From positions 434,001 to 498,000 of the forward strand of contig JABVCE010000003.1 of NCBI GenBank assembly GCA_014905635.1: a stretch of 64,000 nucleotides of DNA, read 5' to 3'. Shown here piece by piece: positions 1 to 12,700 of this stretch. The DNA is from Scenedesmus sp. PABB004. Lineage: Eukaryota. Numbering within the stretch: the stretch's first letter is position 1; each line of letters begins with the position of its first letter. The notes beneath the pieces are model-generated. The model saw nothing but the letters and a program-made list of their open reading frames with translations, did no database searches and had not been told where the DNA came from. The position numbers were made by a program, and so were the translations under genes.

Positions 1-1
1 G

Positions 2-145
2 CTGGCCGCCGACCGGCGCCTCGCGGCGGCGGCGGACGTGTTCCGCAGCCTCGGCCGCGACGAAGCCGGCGGCGGCCAGCGGGCGGCGGGCGCGCGCGCG
101 GGCGAGCCCAGCAGCGCGCAGCGCGCGGAGGCCAGCGTGTGGTGA
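2..145 (+). CDS. 3' end of an unidentified protein-coding gene (partial)
   Basis: Open frame LAADRRLAAAADVFRSLGRDEAGG...EASVW* with GC3-rich codons, ending at TGA 143-145 and followed by lower-GC, UTR-like sequence. Confidence 0.4.
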   Translation: MAADRRLAAAADVFRSLGRDEAGGGQRAAGARAGEPSSAQRAEASVW

Positions 146-974
146 GCGCGCCTGTTGGGAGTCGGCGGCTGCTGGCGTGTGCAGGAGCAGCGGCATGAAC
201 CCAAACGACCGCGCCACAGGACCGGCGGGCACGCATGTGCCCTCAAGAGGGGGAGCGGCGGCGCGCGTGCTCCGAGCGCGCACGGAGCGCCCTTGCACAC
301 GGCCGATTCAGTTCGCTCACGAGGCAGAGGAGGGTCACACGAGCACGCGCCACGGAGCGGAGGGGTTTTACTAGGTCGGTCGGGGGGTTGTGCATTCGTT
401 GTGTGGTGCAGTACAGCGTGGTCGGGGTTGATGATGTTCCAACGCACGCACGCGCAGCTTGTACAGCACCCGTCTTCTGCTGCCGCGCTCACGGCCTCTC
501 TCCCTGGAGTATGTACCGCCGCCCTGACGCCACGGTGGCGATGACGACACCCTGTGTAGACGTTTTTAGGACACCACTTCTGCACGGCGTGACCCGCGCA
601 CCCGCGGCGACTGCTGGCCGCGTGCACACCGACTGACCGACAAGGAGGAGAAGAATGGCGCATGCAGAGTCTGTGTGGATGCAGAGACGAGCTGAAGAGG
701 AGCGGCAGCGCTGCATTCACGCGCGCGTGAGCTCAAGGCGACGGCCGCCGCGCGCGTTGCGCCGCAGACAAGACTGGAGTAAGACTGGAGTAAGAGCGCC
801 GACGACCGCTGGCCGGCGCTCTCCCACCCTCGCAGCAGCCAAGGCCGCCAGCTGAAGCGCCGGGGTGCCGCGCCGCGCTCGACGCTGCGCCGCCGCACCC
901 CGCAGCGACCGCCGCCGCACCCTGCACACACCCGGCTCGCCAGCAGGCCGAGCGCGCACGACGCAGCAGGCATC

Positions 975-2988
975 ATGGGGGACGCCTCCGAGCGACCGGT
1001 GCGCGCTTGGGCGGGCCCGGGCGCTCGCCCCTGTGATTCCAAGCGCGGCGCGGCGCCCGGCCGCCCACGCGTCCTGCCGGCCGCAGATCTTTTGCGGCAA
1101 CTTTGAGTATGACGCGTCGGAGCGCTCCATCGTGGAGCTGTTCGAGAAGTACGGCAAGGTGACGCGCATCGACATGAAAACTGGTGAGCCCCGCGCCCAC
1201 AAGGCACATCTCGCGCCGCCCGACCACGGAGGCTGATCAAGTGACCGGCAACCATCGCGGGAGCACGCGCTCTGGCACCCGGGCGCCCGCCGCGGCCGCC
1301 ACGGCGGAGCGAGCAGCGGCGGCGGCCGCCAACGCGAGGCAGCGACTGTCGGCAGCGCCCCTTGGCCCATCCGGCATCCCTCCCAGCGCATCACCCCCAC
1401 CGCATCCCGGTGCCCCACCAGCCATCACCGGCAGCCGCGCATCCCTCCCCCGCACGACAGCGGCAGCCGCCGACTGCCGCCGAGCGCCAGCCGCCAGCGG
1501 CAGCGGCATCCCGCAGAGCGGCAAGGCCATCATGCGCACACACACGCATCCGTCTCTCTGCTGCGGGCCACATGCTGCGCATCGCGGCGCCGTTCGTGCC
1601 CAACCCCCATCCCCGCTGCCCTGCCGCTCACCCCGCCGCTCCGGCGAGGTATGGCGTCCTCCTGCTCTGCACCCCCCCCCCCACACACACACCTCACACC
1701 ACTACCCCACACCACTCGCACGCGCACGCACGCACCTGCACCTGCACCGGCGACCGGGCAGCGGGGGCGGCTCGGGCGTGGATCGCCGCCACGGGGCGCG
1801 GCTGCGCTTGCTGGCCGGCGCCGCGCGCCTGCCGCTGACGCCGCCCGCCCCTGCCCGCCCGCCCGCCCCCCCCCCTTGTGGCGCACGCAGGCTTCGCGTT
1901 TGTCTACATGTCTGACGAGCACGACGCCAAGGACGCCATCCGCGCCCTCGACAGGCAAGACCTGGCCGCCGCGGCGCGCTGCGGGGAGCAGCGGCGGCAG
2001 CGGGGCGCAGCGGCCCGACGCCCCGCCCGCTGCCGCGCCCCGCAGGTACGAGTTTGGCTACAAGCGCCGCCTGCTGCGCGTGGAGTGGGCCAAGGTGCGC
2101 CGCGCCCGCGCCCGCGCCGCGCCGCGCGTCGTTGCCCCGCCGCGCCGACGCCGCCCCGCCCCGCGCCCGCTCTTTGCGGAGCGCAGAAGGTTGAGGTCAG
2201 CAACAAGAACCAGACGCCGACCAACACCCTGTTTGTGGTCAACTTTGACGTCCGCAACACGCGCGAGGCCGACGTCGAGCGCTACTTTGACCGGTGCGCC
2301 CGGCGCCGCCGCCGCCTGCGCGCGCCCCGCGCACGCCACCGCCGGCCCCTCCCTCCGTGCTGCCGGCCGGTGCCGCCGCGTCACGCCGCTGCCGCCGCCG
2401 CCGCCACGGGCGCAGGTACGGGCCGCTGAACCGCGTTGAGATCAAGCGCAACTACGCGTTTGTGGAGTTTAAGAACCTCGACGACGCGGTGGACGCGCAG
2501 AAGCGCAGCCACGGCAACACCATGGGCGGCCGCACGATCACGGTCGAGTTTGTCGAGGCCACGCGCGACCGCGGCGACCGCGGCGGCGGCGGCTACGCGC
2601 CGCGGTGCGCCGCGCGCGGGGCGGCGCGCGGCGCGAGGGCGCGCGGCGCCGCGCTGCAGGCTGCGCGCGCCGCCCACGCCCCACACCGCCCGCGCCGCCT
2701 GCGCCGCCCGCGCGCCGCAGGGACCGCTCCCGCTCGCCGTACGGCGGCGGCCGCCGCCGCTCCTACTCGCCGCGCGGGCGCGGGCGCTCGCCGCCGCGCT
2801 ACGGCCGCGACCGCTCGCCGCCGCGCCGCCGCAGCGTGACGCCGCCGCGCCGGCAGCGCAGCCGCTCGCCCGACTACGGCCGCGGCGGCCGCGGCGGCAG
2901 CCGCGACCGCTCGCCTGGGTACCGGCGCTCGCCGTCGCCGCGCAACGACCGCGGCCGCTCGCCGCGCCGCGGCTCGCCCATGCGCTGA
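975..2988 (+). CDS. Plant-type RS-subfamily SR splicing factor (two RRMs plus RS domain; RS31/RS40-like)
   Basis: Spliced: MGDASERP|IFCGNFEYDASERSIVELFEKYGKVTRIDMKT|GFAFVYM...|YEFGYKRRLLRVEWAK|...PTNTLFVVNFD...|YGPLNRVEIKRNYAFVEF...|RSRSPYGGGRRRSYSPR...RGSPMR*. This matches the two RRMs and the RS/SP tail of the plant RS family. Confidence 0.93.
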
Positions 2989-3102
2989 GCGCGGGTGGCG
3001 CGCTGGGAGGCACGGGCACGGGCCCGTGCCCGGGCTCGCGTGCGCGCGCGAGAGGGTGCGCGCGCCGGTCAATCGTCTGTCGCGACGGGTAACAGGCTCC
3101 GA

Positions 3103-3107
3103 TTACA
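3103..3107 (-). promoter_or_regulatory. Putative TGTAA polyadenylation signal of the UBC2-like gene
   Basis: TTACA on the + strand, about 370 nt downstream of the UBC2 stop. UGUAA is the established chlorophyte poly(A) signal. Confidence 0.5.
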
Positions 3108-3473
3108 CGCCACGCTCCGTCGCGCGCGCTGGAGCGCGCGCGCCGCGGCCGAGGTCGCGCAGCCGCCCGGCCGGTCGCCGCGCACGCAGCGCGCGCCGCG
3201 CAAGGGGCGCGGCGGCGGCGTGGCGGTCAATGTGCAGCTGATGGTACAACCCGCGAGAAAAGAACCACCGGCTCCGCTCACTCGCTGAACACAACAACAC
3301 GGTCGTGCGCTGCTGCTGCCGACAGGAATGTACAGATCGACGGGGAAGCGTCCACCAGGGCTGGGGCGCCCCGCGCGTTCGCTTGGCCGCCGGGCACCGC
3401 CGCTGCCGCTGCTGCGTGCGGCAAGCTGCACCTGCAGCTGCCACACGGCGGCACGGCGCGGCGCGCCCGCGCC

Positions 3474-4506
3474 TCAGCCCTCGACCGACTTCTGCGCCAG
3501 CCGCCGCACGCGCCGGTTGTAGGCGGGCCGATCCTTGGTGAACAGCTGCGCCGCCTCGGGGTTGGCGGGGCTGCGGCGGCGGCGGCGTCGGCGGTGTCGG
3601 CGCGGCGGGCGCGCCTCGGGCCGGGCGGCCGCTGCAGCGCAGCTGGCGCCGCCGGCCGGCGCCGCCGGCTTTGCCTTGCCGACAGCGCACCTGGCGCAGT
3701 TTGGGTCTGTGAGCAGCGACTGGATGCTCATCAGCAGCGTGCATACACTGCGCACGCAACCGGCAGCGGCGGGCGCAGCGGCGGCGTCGGCGGCGCGCGC
3801 GCGGCCGCAGCCCCCGCGCCGGCCCGCGCCGCGGCTGCCCGCGCCGCGCCGCCGCGCGCGCGGCACGGCGTCCGCCGCGCCTGTGGCAGGGGCTCCAGAG
3901 GTCCTGCAGGATGTCGAGGCAGATGTTGCCGTCTGTGTAGATGTTTGGGTGGTACATCTCGCTCACAAAGCGCACGCGCGGCGGCTTCTCCGGGTAGCGG
4001 TCCGAGAACTGCATGCGCAGGCTGAAGATGCCGCCCTGGCGTGCGGTTTGAGGTTTGCGGCGCGCGCGCGGGCGGCGGCAGCGGTCGGGCCGAGCCTGTC
4101 GGCGGCCGCCGCAGCGGCGGCGCGGCGCGGCCGCCGCCGCACCTCCCAGGGGCTCTCCTCCGGCCCGAAGATGGTCGCCGTCCAGATGAACAGGTTGTCG
4201 TCGCTCACGGGGCTCGCGGAGCACCTGCGCGGCGCACGGGCGCCAACCGTCGCGCGCTGCTGGCGCGAGCTGGCCGCCGGCGCCGCGGCCCGCCGGCCGC
4301 CGCGGCGCGCGCGGCGTGGCTGTGGCGCGCCGCCTTGAGGCCCCTCCCGCAGCGGCGCCGCGCCGCGCAGGCCACCGGCCGCTGGCGGGCCGGCGGCAGC
4401 GGCGCGCCGGGCGGCGCGGCGGGCCTCACCCCTCCGGCGGCTCTTGCTTGATGCTCCTCAGGTCGGACATCAGCCTCAACTGCGCCCCGGAGCAGGGGCT
4501 CGCCAT
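3474..4506 (-). CDS. UBC2: Ubiquitin-conjugating enzyme E2, RAD6/UBC2-like
   Basis: Spliced: [26 protein letters not shown]|...[70 protein letters not shown]...[21 protein letters not shown]...QKSVEG*. HPN motif and catalytic Cys are present. Confidence 0.92.
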
Positions 4507-4909
4507 GTGCGCTGCTGGCTCGGCTGGCGGTCCCGGCGCGGCCTGGCGCGGGGCGCGTGCGTGGCGCTGCGAGTCTGGGTGGACAGCGGGCGCGACACGA
4601 GGGCGGGTGGGGCGGGCCGCAGGGGCTGCGCGCGGCCCGCGACAGCCGGCGCTAGAGCCCTTGGGCCCGCGGCCAAGGCTTTGCCGCTCGCCGCGGGTCG
4701 CGCTCACTGCTCGGCCCCAACTCGCGCTCAGCGCAGCAGCGAGCGGGAGCAGCGGCAGCGCTCTTGCGCAGCGGCAGCGGCGGCGGCGGCAGCGGCGCTC
4801 GCCGCGCGAGCGCGCGTGTCGGCCGCAGGCCCCCCGGCCGCCGGGCAGCAGCTCCGCCAGTGAACAAGCGGCCCGAGCGTCGTCGCCGCGGCAGCGCGCG
4901 CCCGGGCGC

Positions 4910-5713
4910 ATGGCCGCCGCAGACGGCGAGCCGCCGCCGGCGGCGGGCGCCGACGCGGCGGCGCTGGTGGCGGACCTCGTCGACGGCGCGCGCTACGGCG
5001 ACGCCGAGGACGTGGCCGCCGCGCTGGCTGGCGGCGCGCCCGTGGACGGCCAGGACGGCGCGGGGCGCACGGGTGCGCGCCGCGCGCTCGCTGCAGCCGG
5101 CGTGGAGCGCGCCGCCGGCAGCTGACCAGCGGCTGACCGCCGGCCCGCGCCGCACGCCGCAGCACTGCACATGGCGTGCGCCAACGGGCACGTCGGCATC
5201 GTGTGCCTGCTGCTGGACAAGGGCGCGCGCACGGACGTCAAAAACGCCGACGGCAACACGCCGCTGCACTGGGCATGCGTCAACGCGCAGCTCGAGGCGG
5301 TGCAGGCGCTGCTGGACAGGGGCGCGAGCGCGGCGGTGCTCAACAGGCGCGGCGCGCCCCGGCGCCGCGCGCAGCGCAGCGGGGCCCGGGCGCGCGCATG
5401 ACCCCCGCGCGCCGCCCGCCGCGCCGCCCGCCACGCCGCCCGCCGCAGCGCGGGGCGCACGCCCGTGGATGAGGCCATCGCGCGGGACTGCCAGGCGATC
5501 CTGGACGCCATCAACGCCGCCAACAGCGGCGCGGGCGGCATTGAGGTGGAGCTGGTGGAGGGCGAGCCCGGCGGCGGCGCGAGCACGGAGGAGGCCGGCG
5601 ACGAGGCGGCCGTCGACGCCGACCTGGCGCAGGACATGGCCGACGCGCTGGACGCGGCCGACGCGGCGCGCGCAGCGGGGGCGGCCGACGCGGCGGCGCG
5701 GCTCGCAATCTGA
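4910..5713 (+). CDS. Small ankyrin-repeat protein with acidic tail (Yar1-like)
   Basis: DLVDGARYGDAEDV...GRT|ALHMACANGHVGIVCLLLDKGA...GNTPLHWACVNAQLEAV...N|SAGRTPVDEA, then a D/E-rich tail. Two introns. Confidence 0.8.
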
Positions 5714-6025
5714 CGCCCGCGCTTTTGGCGGCACGCGCCGCCGGCGCTGAACGCGAGCTCTGAACGTCCACACTCCCAGACGCGGGCTCCCGTAGCCAGC
5801 CCTCAGCAGCGAGCTGGCAGGCGGTCGGCTGGGGCCAGAGACTCGCGCGTGCGGGCGCGAGCAGCAGCCGCCGACCGCCGACCGCGACAGCGGCCGCCGA
5901 CTTCCCCCAGACCGCGGCGCGAGCTGTCACGCTGATTGCGAGGGCCTGAACCGCCACACGCGCCTGCGCTCGCTGCGCGCCGCGCGCCGCCGCGGGGGCG
6001 GCAGCGGTCGGCGGCGGTGGCCGCC

Positions 6026-9000
6026 ATGGCCGGCCTGCGGCCCTTCGCGGACCTGGGCTGCGTCAGCAAGGCCACGCTGTCGGTCCTGGACGGCCTGGGC
6101 TTCGTCACCGCCACGCCGGTGCAGGAGGCGACCATCCCGCTGTTCTGCGGCAACAAGGACGTCGCCGTCGACGCCTGCACGGGCAGCGGCAAGACGCTGG
6201 CGTTCGTGGTCCCCGTCATAGAGAAGCTGCGGCGCCTGCAGGAGCGACTCAAGCCCCACCAGGCGCGCGCGGGAGGCTGCGCGGGCCGGCCGCACGCGGC
6301 GCCGCGCGACCAGCCGCCGCCGGTGTGACCAGCTTTTTCTGCAGGAGCTGAGCGAGCGGCGCCCTGCCGTCCGTCGCGCGCCGCAGGTCGGCGCCATCAT
6401 CGTGTCGCCCACGCGTGAGCTGGCCAACCAGATACACGCCGTCGCGGCGCCGTTTGTCGCGAGCGTGCCCAGGCTGTCGTCGCTGCTGCTCGTCGGCGGC
6501 ACGTGCGCGGCCGCGGCGCGGCGCGGGGCCCCCCGGCAGCTGGGAGGGGCCTAACGCGCTGGCGGGCTCGGCGCGGGCGCGCGCCGCGCCGCCACCGCTG
6601 CGCCCCCGCCGCGCGGGGGCCGGCCGTGCCTCGGCAGCCGCCCGACGCCGCGCCCGCGCGGCCGCGCGCCGCGCCGCCGCCGCTGCGCCCCCGCCGCGCG
6701 CAGCGACCCTGCGCAGGACGTTGACGCGTTCAAGTCCTCCGGCGGCAACCTGCTAATCGGCACGCCGGGGCGGCTGGATGACGTGATGAAGCGCCTCGGG
6801 GCGCCTGCGACGCGCGCAAGCTGGAGGTGCTGGTGAGCGCGGCCTCGCTACCGCCCCGCGCGCGGGCGGGCGGCGCGCGGCGGGCGGCGGGCGACGCGGG
6901 CTGCGGCGCACGCGCAGGTGCTGGACGAGGCCGACCGCCTGCTGGACATGGGGTTCAAGCGCCAGCTGGACGCCATCATGGCGCGCCTGCCCAAGCAGCG
7001 CCGCACCGGGCTCTTCAGCGCCACGCAGACGGTGCGCGGCCGTGCGCCGGCGGGCGGGCCGCGCCGCCGCCGTGCGCCGCGGCCCGGCGCGCGCGGCCGG
7101 CCCCCCGACGCCCGCGCGCCGCGCGCCGCGCCGCGCGCCGCGCCGCGCAGGAGGCGGTGGAGGCGCTCGCGCGCGCGGGGCTGCGCAACCCGGTCAAGGT
7201 CGCGGTCGCGGTCACCGCGGCGCCGCGGTCGGGCAAGCGCGGCGGCGCCGGCGGCGCGGGCGGCGGCGAGGGCGCGGGCGGCGAGCAGAAGACGCCCAGC
7301 AGCCTGCGCCTCGAGTACGTGGTGTGCCGCGTGGACGAGAAGCTGCCGCAGCTGGTGAGCGGGCCCGCCCGCGCCACGCGCACACCCCCGTGTGGCCGCC
7401 GTTAGGGCGCCCGCGCGCCGCGCCTGAGCGCCCGTGCCTACGCAGGTTGCGTTCCTGTCGTCGCACCGCGAGGCCAAGGTGATTGTGTACTTCTTGACCT
7501 GCGCGTGCGTGGAGCTGTACGCGCTGCTGCTGCGCCGCCTGCCCACGCTGCAGGGCCTGCACGTCTCGGCGCTGCACGGCAAGCTCAAGCAGGCGGCGCG
7601 CGAGGCGACGCTGTCCAAGTTCAGCGCCGAGCCCGCGGGCGTGCTGCTCTGCACCGACGTCGCGGCGCGCGGGCTCGACATCCCGGACGTCGCCTGGATC
7701 GTGCAGTTTGACCCGCCCCAGGTGCGGGCGGCAGGGGAGGAGGAGGAGGAGCGCGTGTGCGCGCGCGGGCGCGCCGCGCCAGGCGGGCGGGCGGCCCACG
7801 CGTGCGCGCGCCCGCCGCGTCCGCGCCGCCGCTGCGGCGCAGGACCCCGCCGCGTTTGTGCACCGCGTCGGCCGCACCGCGCGCATGGGGCGCAGCGGCA
7901 GCGCGCTCGCGCTGCTGCTGCCGAGCGAGAGCAGCTACGTGGAGTTCCTGCGCCTCCGCAAGGTCCCCCTGCTCAAGGCGGCGCCGCTGAGCGGTGCGCC
8001 CGGCGCGTGCACGCGCGTGCGCGCGCGCGCACGTTGCGGCGTTCTGCCGGCGCCCGCCCAGCCGCGCGCGCGGCCGAGCGCGCCGCCGCCGCCGCCGCCG
8101 CTGGGGCGCCGCGCGTCTCCCCGCAGGCGCGCCCGACGCGGCCGAGCTCGCCGCGGCGCTGCGGCGCGAGGCCGAGGGCGACCGGGAGGTCATGGAAAAG
8201 GCCACGCGCGCGTTTGTCTCGCTCGTGCGCGGCTACAAGGAGCACCACTGCAAGTTCGTGTTCAGGCTGCAGGTGCGGCGGCGGCAGGGGGCATGGGGCG
8301 CACGGCGCACGGCGCGTGGCGCGGGGCACGCGGGGCGCGGCGTGGGGTGCCGGGCGCGGCGCGACGCCCCGCGCGCGCTGGCGCGCGCGCAGGAGCTGCC
8401 GCTGGGCCCGCTGGCGCAGTCGCTGGGCCTGCTGCGGCTGCCGCGCATGCCCGAGGTGAAGAAGGGCTCCGCCGCCAATGCGCTGGCCGACTTTGTCGTG
8501 TCGCCGGTCGACCCAGACAGCGTGCGCTACAAGGACAAGCAGCGAGAGAAGCAGCGCCAGCAGGCGCGGCGGCGCGCGGGCGGCGCCGCGGCGTGCGGGC
8601 GGCGCGGGGCGCGGGGGGCGCGGGGCGCGGGGGCGCGGGGGCGGGGGCCCTGCGCGCGCCGCGCAGACGCCGCCCCGCACGCGCCGCAGATGCTCAAGCA
8701 GCGCGCCGCGGCGGCGGCGGCCGCGCCCGACGGGGCGAAGAAGGCCGCGCATGCCAAGGCCAAGCCCAGCGGCGGCGCCGGCGGCGCGGCGGAGCCGGGC
8801 GCGCGGCTGACGGCGGCCAAGCGGCGCCAGCTGCAGGCGCGCGACGAGCTCGCGGAGCTGACGCACGACTACAGCATGCTGCGCAAGCTCAAGCGCGGCA
8901 AGATCAGCGAGCACGCGTTTGACGTCGCCACAGGGCTCAGCTCCGACTCGGAGGAGGCCGAGGCCGAGCCCGCGCCCGCGCGGCGCGGCGGCACGGGCGC

Positions 9001-9284
9001 CGGGCGGCGGCGGCGGCGGCGGCGGCAGCAGCGACGACGGCAGCGACAGCGGCGGCGGCGGCGACGACGGGGCGCAGCGGCGCCCCGGCCAGCGACTGCA
9101 GTCGCAGCCGGCCGCTAAGAAGCACAAGGCCAGCGGCGGCGGCGGCGGGGGCGCGCCACTCGCGCCGCCGGCACGCTCCGTCGCGCGGCAGGAGGCGCAG
9201 CTGCGCAAGCGCAAGAAGAAGCGGCTCAAGAAGCGCCAGGCCAAGGCTGGCGGCGGGGAGGGCGCCGCCGACGCGCGCGGGTGA
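6026..9284 (+). CDS. DDX55: DEAD-box RNA helicase DDX55/Spb4/RH18 (60S biogenesis); two apparent frame breaks
   Basis: Q motif [66 protein letters not shown], and the family C-terminus [19 protein letters not shown]...LLRLPRMPE. Frame breaks near 6798 and about 9000. Confidence 0.92.
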
Positions 9285-9707
9285 CGCCGCAACGCGTGGG
9301 TGCGATTGTTGCTGGGCGCCCTGCAATTCACAGGGCGCGGGGTGAACTGAATGCACCCCACACGGCTGCCACCCACGTGCCTCGCTGCACCTGCTGTAGT
9401 CGGCTGCGCAAGCGCGCGCCGCACACGTCTGCCCGCTCGGCTGCCTCCTGCACAGCTCCGCCCTGGGCCGCCCGCCATCGAGTTCGGCAGCCGCTGGCAG
9501 CGACGCTCAGCTCGTCACAAGCACACAGCTCCCCTGCTCGCTCTCACACCCGCTGCTGCTGCTGCTGCCCTCGCCACGGGCGCGCGGGGCAGGGGGCGCC
9601 CCTGCGTGACCCGGATTCGTTGTCGCAGCCGTGATGGCGGGCCTCGGGGCGGGGCTGTGACGAGCGGCGGCGCCAGGCACCAGCGTCGCCGCCGCTGCTC
9701 AGCAGCG

Positions 9708-12700
9708 ATGCGGTCGTCCACCGACCAGGGCGACCTGGGGCGCGGGGGCGGCGGCGGCAGCGGAACGTCCGCCACACCGCTGTCCCGCAGCGGCCGGCTG
9801 AGCCAGCCGCACCAGCAGCAGGGCCGCGGCGGCGGCAGCGTGACGAGCGCGGCGAGCGCCCACACGACGCACGCGCTCGGCGCCGTGGGCAGCGCCAGCA
9901 CGGCGGTGCGGCTGCCCGAGCGCGCGGCGCAGAAGTACCTGCAGATGGCGCACGGCGACGAGGAGCTCAAGGCCGCGGCGGCGGCGCGCGCGGCGCGCGC
10001 GCGCACGTGGAGCCGCGGCGTCATCCACCCCCTCGACCGGCGCTACCGGTGCGGCGCGGCGCGCGGGGCCGGGCTGGCCCAGGGCCGGGCTGGCCCAGGG
10101 CCAGCGCGCCTGTCAGAGCGCCCGCCGCGCCGCCGCGGCAGGGCGTGGTGGTACCTGACGCTCGCGTCGGCCTGCCTCACCGGCTGGCTCACGCCTTTCC
10201 GCATTGCATTTGCCAACGTGGGGTGAGCAAAGCCGGAGCCTGGTGCACACAGCACACCGCCCGCGCCCCGCGCGCGCGCACGTCGCGGCCGCGCGCCGCC
10301 GCGCCCGCGCGGGCCAGCCGCCCAGCCGCCGGCCCTGCTCCTGCGGGGGGCGCGCAGGTACAACGACCTGTCCGACGAGTTCATCACGCAGCTCGAGGTC
10401 GCGCTGCTGTCGGTGTTCATGGCCGACATCCTCGTCAGCTTCTTCGTCGGCTTTTTTGACCGCTCCGGCCTGCTCGTGCTCGACCGCCGCACCGTCGCGC
10501 GGCACTACATCACCGGCCGCTTCGTGCTCGACCTGGTCACCACGCTCCCCGTGGACGCGTTTGTGCTCGCCGCGACGCACCGCCTCGGCTACGCGACCGT
10601 CGACGGGCGCTACGAGAGCCTGCTGGGCCTGCTCAAGCTCGGCCGCATGTGGCGCCTGATTGCAATGTGCGCGGCGGCGCTGCAGGGCCCGGCCGCGCGC
10701 GCGCGCGGCGGCGGCGGCAACGGTCGGACGCACGCCGCCGCTGCGCTCCGCACCCTTCTTTTGTTTTCTTTTGATTCGCAGGTATAATCAAATGTCATAC
10801 AACCTCAATGTCGGCCTCCTCGCGCTCACGCTCGTGCGCAACACAACGTGGGTGGTCATTTTGGTGGCCGCCACGCGCCAGCGCGCCGCCGGGCGAGCGC
10901 GCCGGGGCGCGGCGCGCCGCCGCGCCGCCCACGGCCGCCCGCCCGCCGCCTACACCCCCGCCCCGCCGCCCACGGCCTCGCCCCGCCGCCCACACCGCCG
11001 GGGCGCAGCTTCTGCATCTTCCACATCCACTGGGCGGCCTGCACGTTCTGGTTCATTGCCCGCCAGGCTGGATTCGGCCGGGGGACCTGGGTGTTCGAGG
11101 AGCAGGCGCTGCTCGGCGGCACGGGGACCATCTTCAAGTGAGGCCCGCGCCGCGCCGCGCCGCGCCACGCCGCGCGGCCCCTCGTCGCCGTTTGACGCAC
11201 GGCGACGCCGCCGCGCGCACCACCAAACACAGATACATCTACAGCTTGTACTGGGCCATGGCGACGTTCAGCACCCTGGGGTACGGCGACGTGACGCCCG
11301 TCGGTGCGCGAGGACAGCGCGGGACGGGCGCCGCCGCGCGCGCCGCCGCACCTCCCCGGCCACCCGCCCGCCGCGGTGCCGCACCCCCGCCGCCGTGCGC
11401 CTGCCTCTACCTCTCCCCCCTGCGCTTAGGCATCGGTGAGATCGTGTTCACCATCCTCTACATGGCAGTCAACATCGTGGTCGGCGCCTACATCATCGGC
11501 TCGCTCACCCTGCTCGTCACCGCCGCGGTGCGCGCGCGCGCGCCGCCGCCTGCCCGCCCGCGCGCTGCGCCCGCGCCCACGTCGCGCCCGCGCTTCGCCG
11601 CCGCGCCGCCGCGCCGCCGCGCATACGCGCGCACGCACCCCTTGCAGGACGAGGAGATTGGCACGTACCGCGCCAAGATGGCCGCGCTCAACTCCTACTG
11701 CAAGGTCAACGCCCTGCCCACGGTGCGTGCGAGCCCCGCCGCGCGCGCGGAGCGCGGCCGCGCCGGCGCGCAGCTAGCGGCGCCGGCGGCGCAGGGGCGG
11801 GGGCCGCGCGGCCCACGCGCGCGTGCGCCGCGGCGGCGCCTGCCGCCGCCGCCGGCGCGGCGCAGGAGCTGCAGTCGACCATGGCGGGCCTGCTCCGCCT
11901 GCACATGAGCCTCAGCAGCGCGACCGGCGACGAGGTGCTCGGCCTGTACCCGACCGGCATCCGCCGCCGCATCCTGCGCAGCCTGTACGCCGCCCCGCTG
12001 CGCTCCTGCTACCTCCTGCGCGGCACGAGCGCCAAGTTTGCCGACGCGCTGCTGCTCGGCGCGCGCGTGGAGCTGTTCCTGCCCGGCGTGCGCGGCCCGG
12101 CGCGGCGCGGCGCGGCGCCCGGCCGCGGCGCGAAGCGCGCGCGTGCCCCCCCCCCCCCCCCACACACACACACCCACACCCACACACACACGCACTCTCC
12201 GGCCTCGCGGCGCCGCGCGCAGGTTGAGATTGTGAGCAGCCAGGACCACGTGAACGAGCTGTACGTCGTGGTCGCGGGCCACGTGGAGCTGCTCGACGGC
12301 GCGGGCGCCGACGCCGACACGGGCGCCACGGCGGGCGACGCGACGGGCGGCGCTGCGGGCGGCGCGGCGGGCGGCGGCGGGAGCGGCACGGCCGGCGGTG
12401 GCGAGGCGCCGCTGGCCCGGCGCGCGGGCGCGTGGGAGCGGCCGCTCGGCGCCGCCGGCCGGCGCGGCGCGTCGGGCAGCGCCGACGACCACATGGAGCT
12501 GGGCTGGAGCGCGGGCGCCGACGCGCCGCCCGGCGGCGACGCGTTTGCGGCGGGGCGCGTGCGCAAGCCCCACAAGGCGTCGCGGCTCGCGGCGTGGCTG
12601 GCGGGCCTGCGCGGCTCGGGGCGCAGGACGCTGCAGGCAATCAAGTCGGACGCGCGCAAGCAGCGGCGCCAGCTCGCCCGCCAGGCGTCGCGCAGCGGCG

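Noticed and set aside
425..640. Possible C/D snoRNAs (TGATGA ... CTGA)
   Set aside because: No convincing terminal stem or recognisable rRNA guide; would need an Infernal or snoscan search.
770..793. 11-bp direct repeat AAGACTGGAGT x2 upstream of the SR gene
   Set aside because: Likely a small slippage duplication; no function can be supported.
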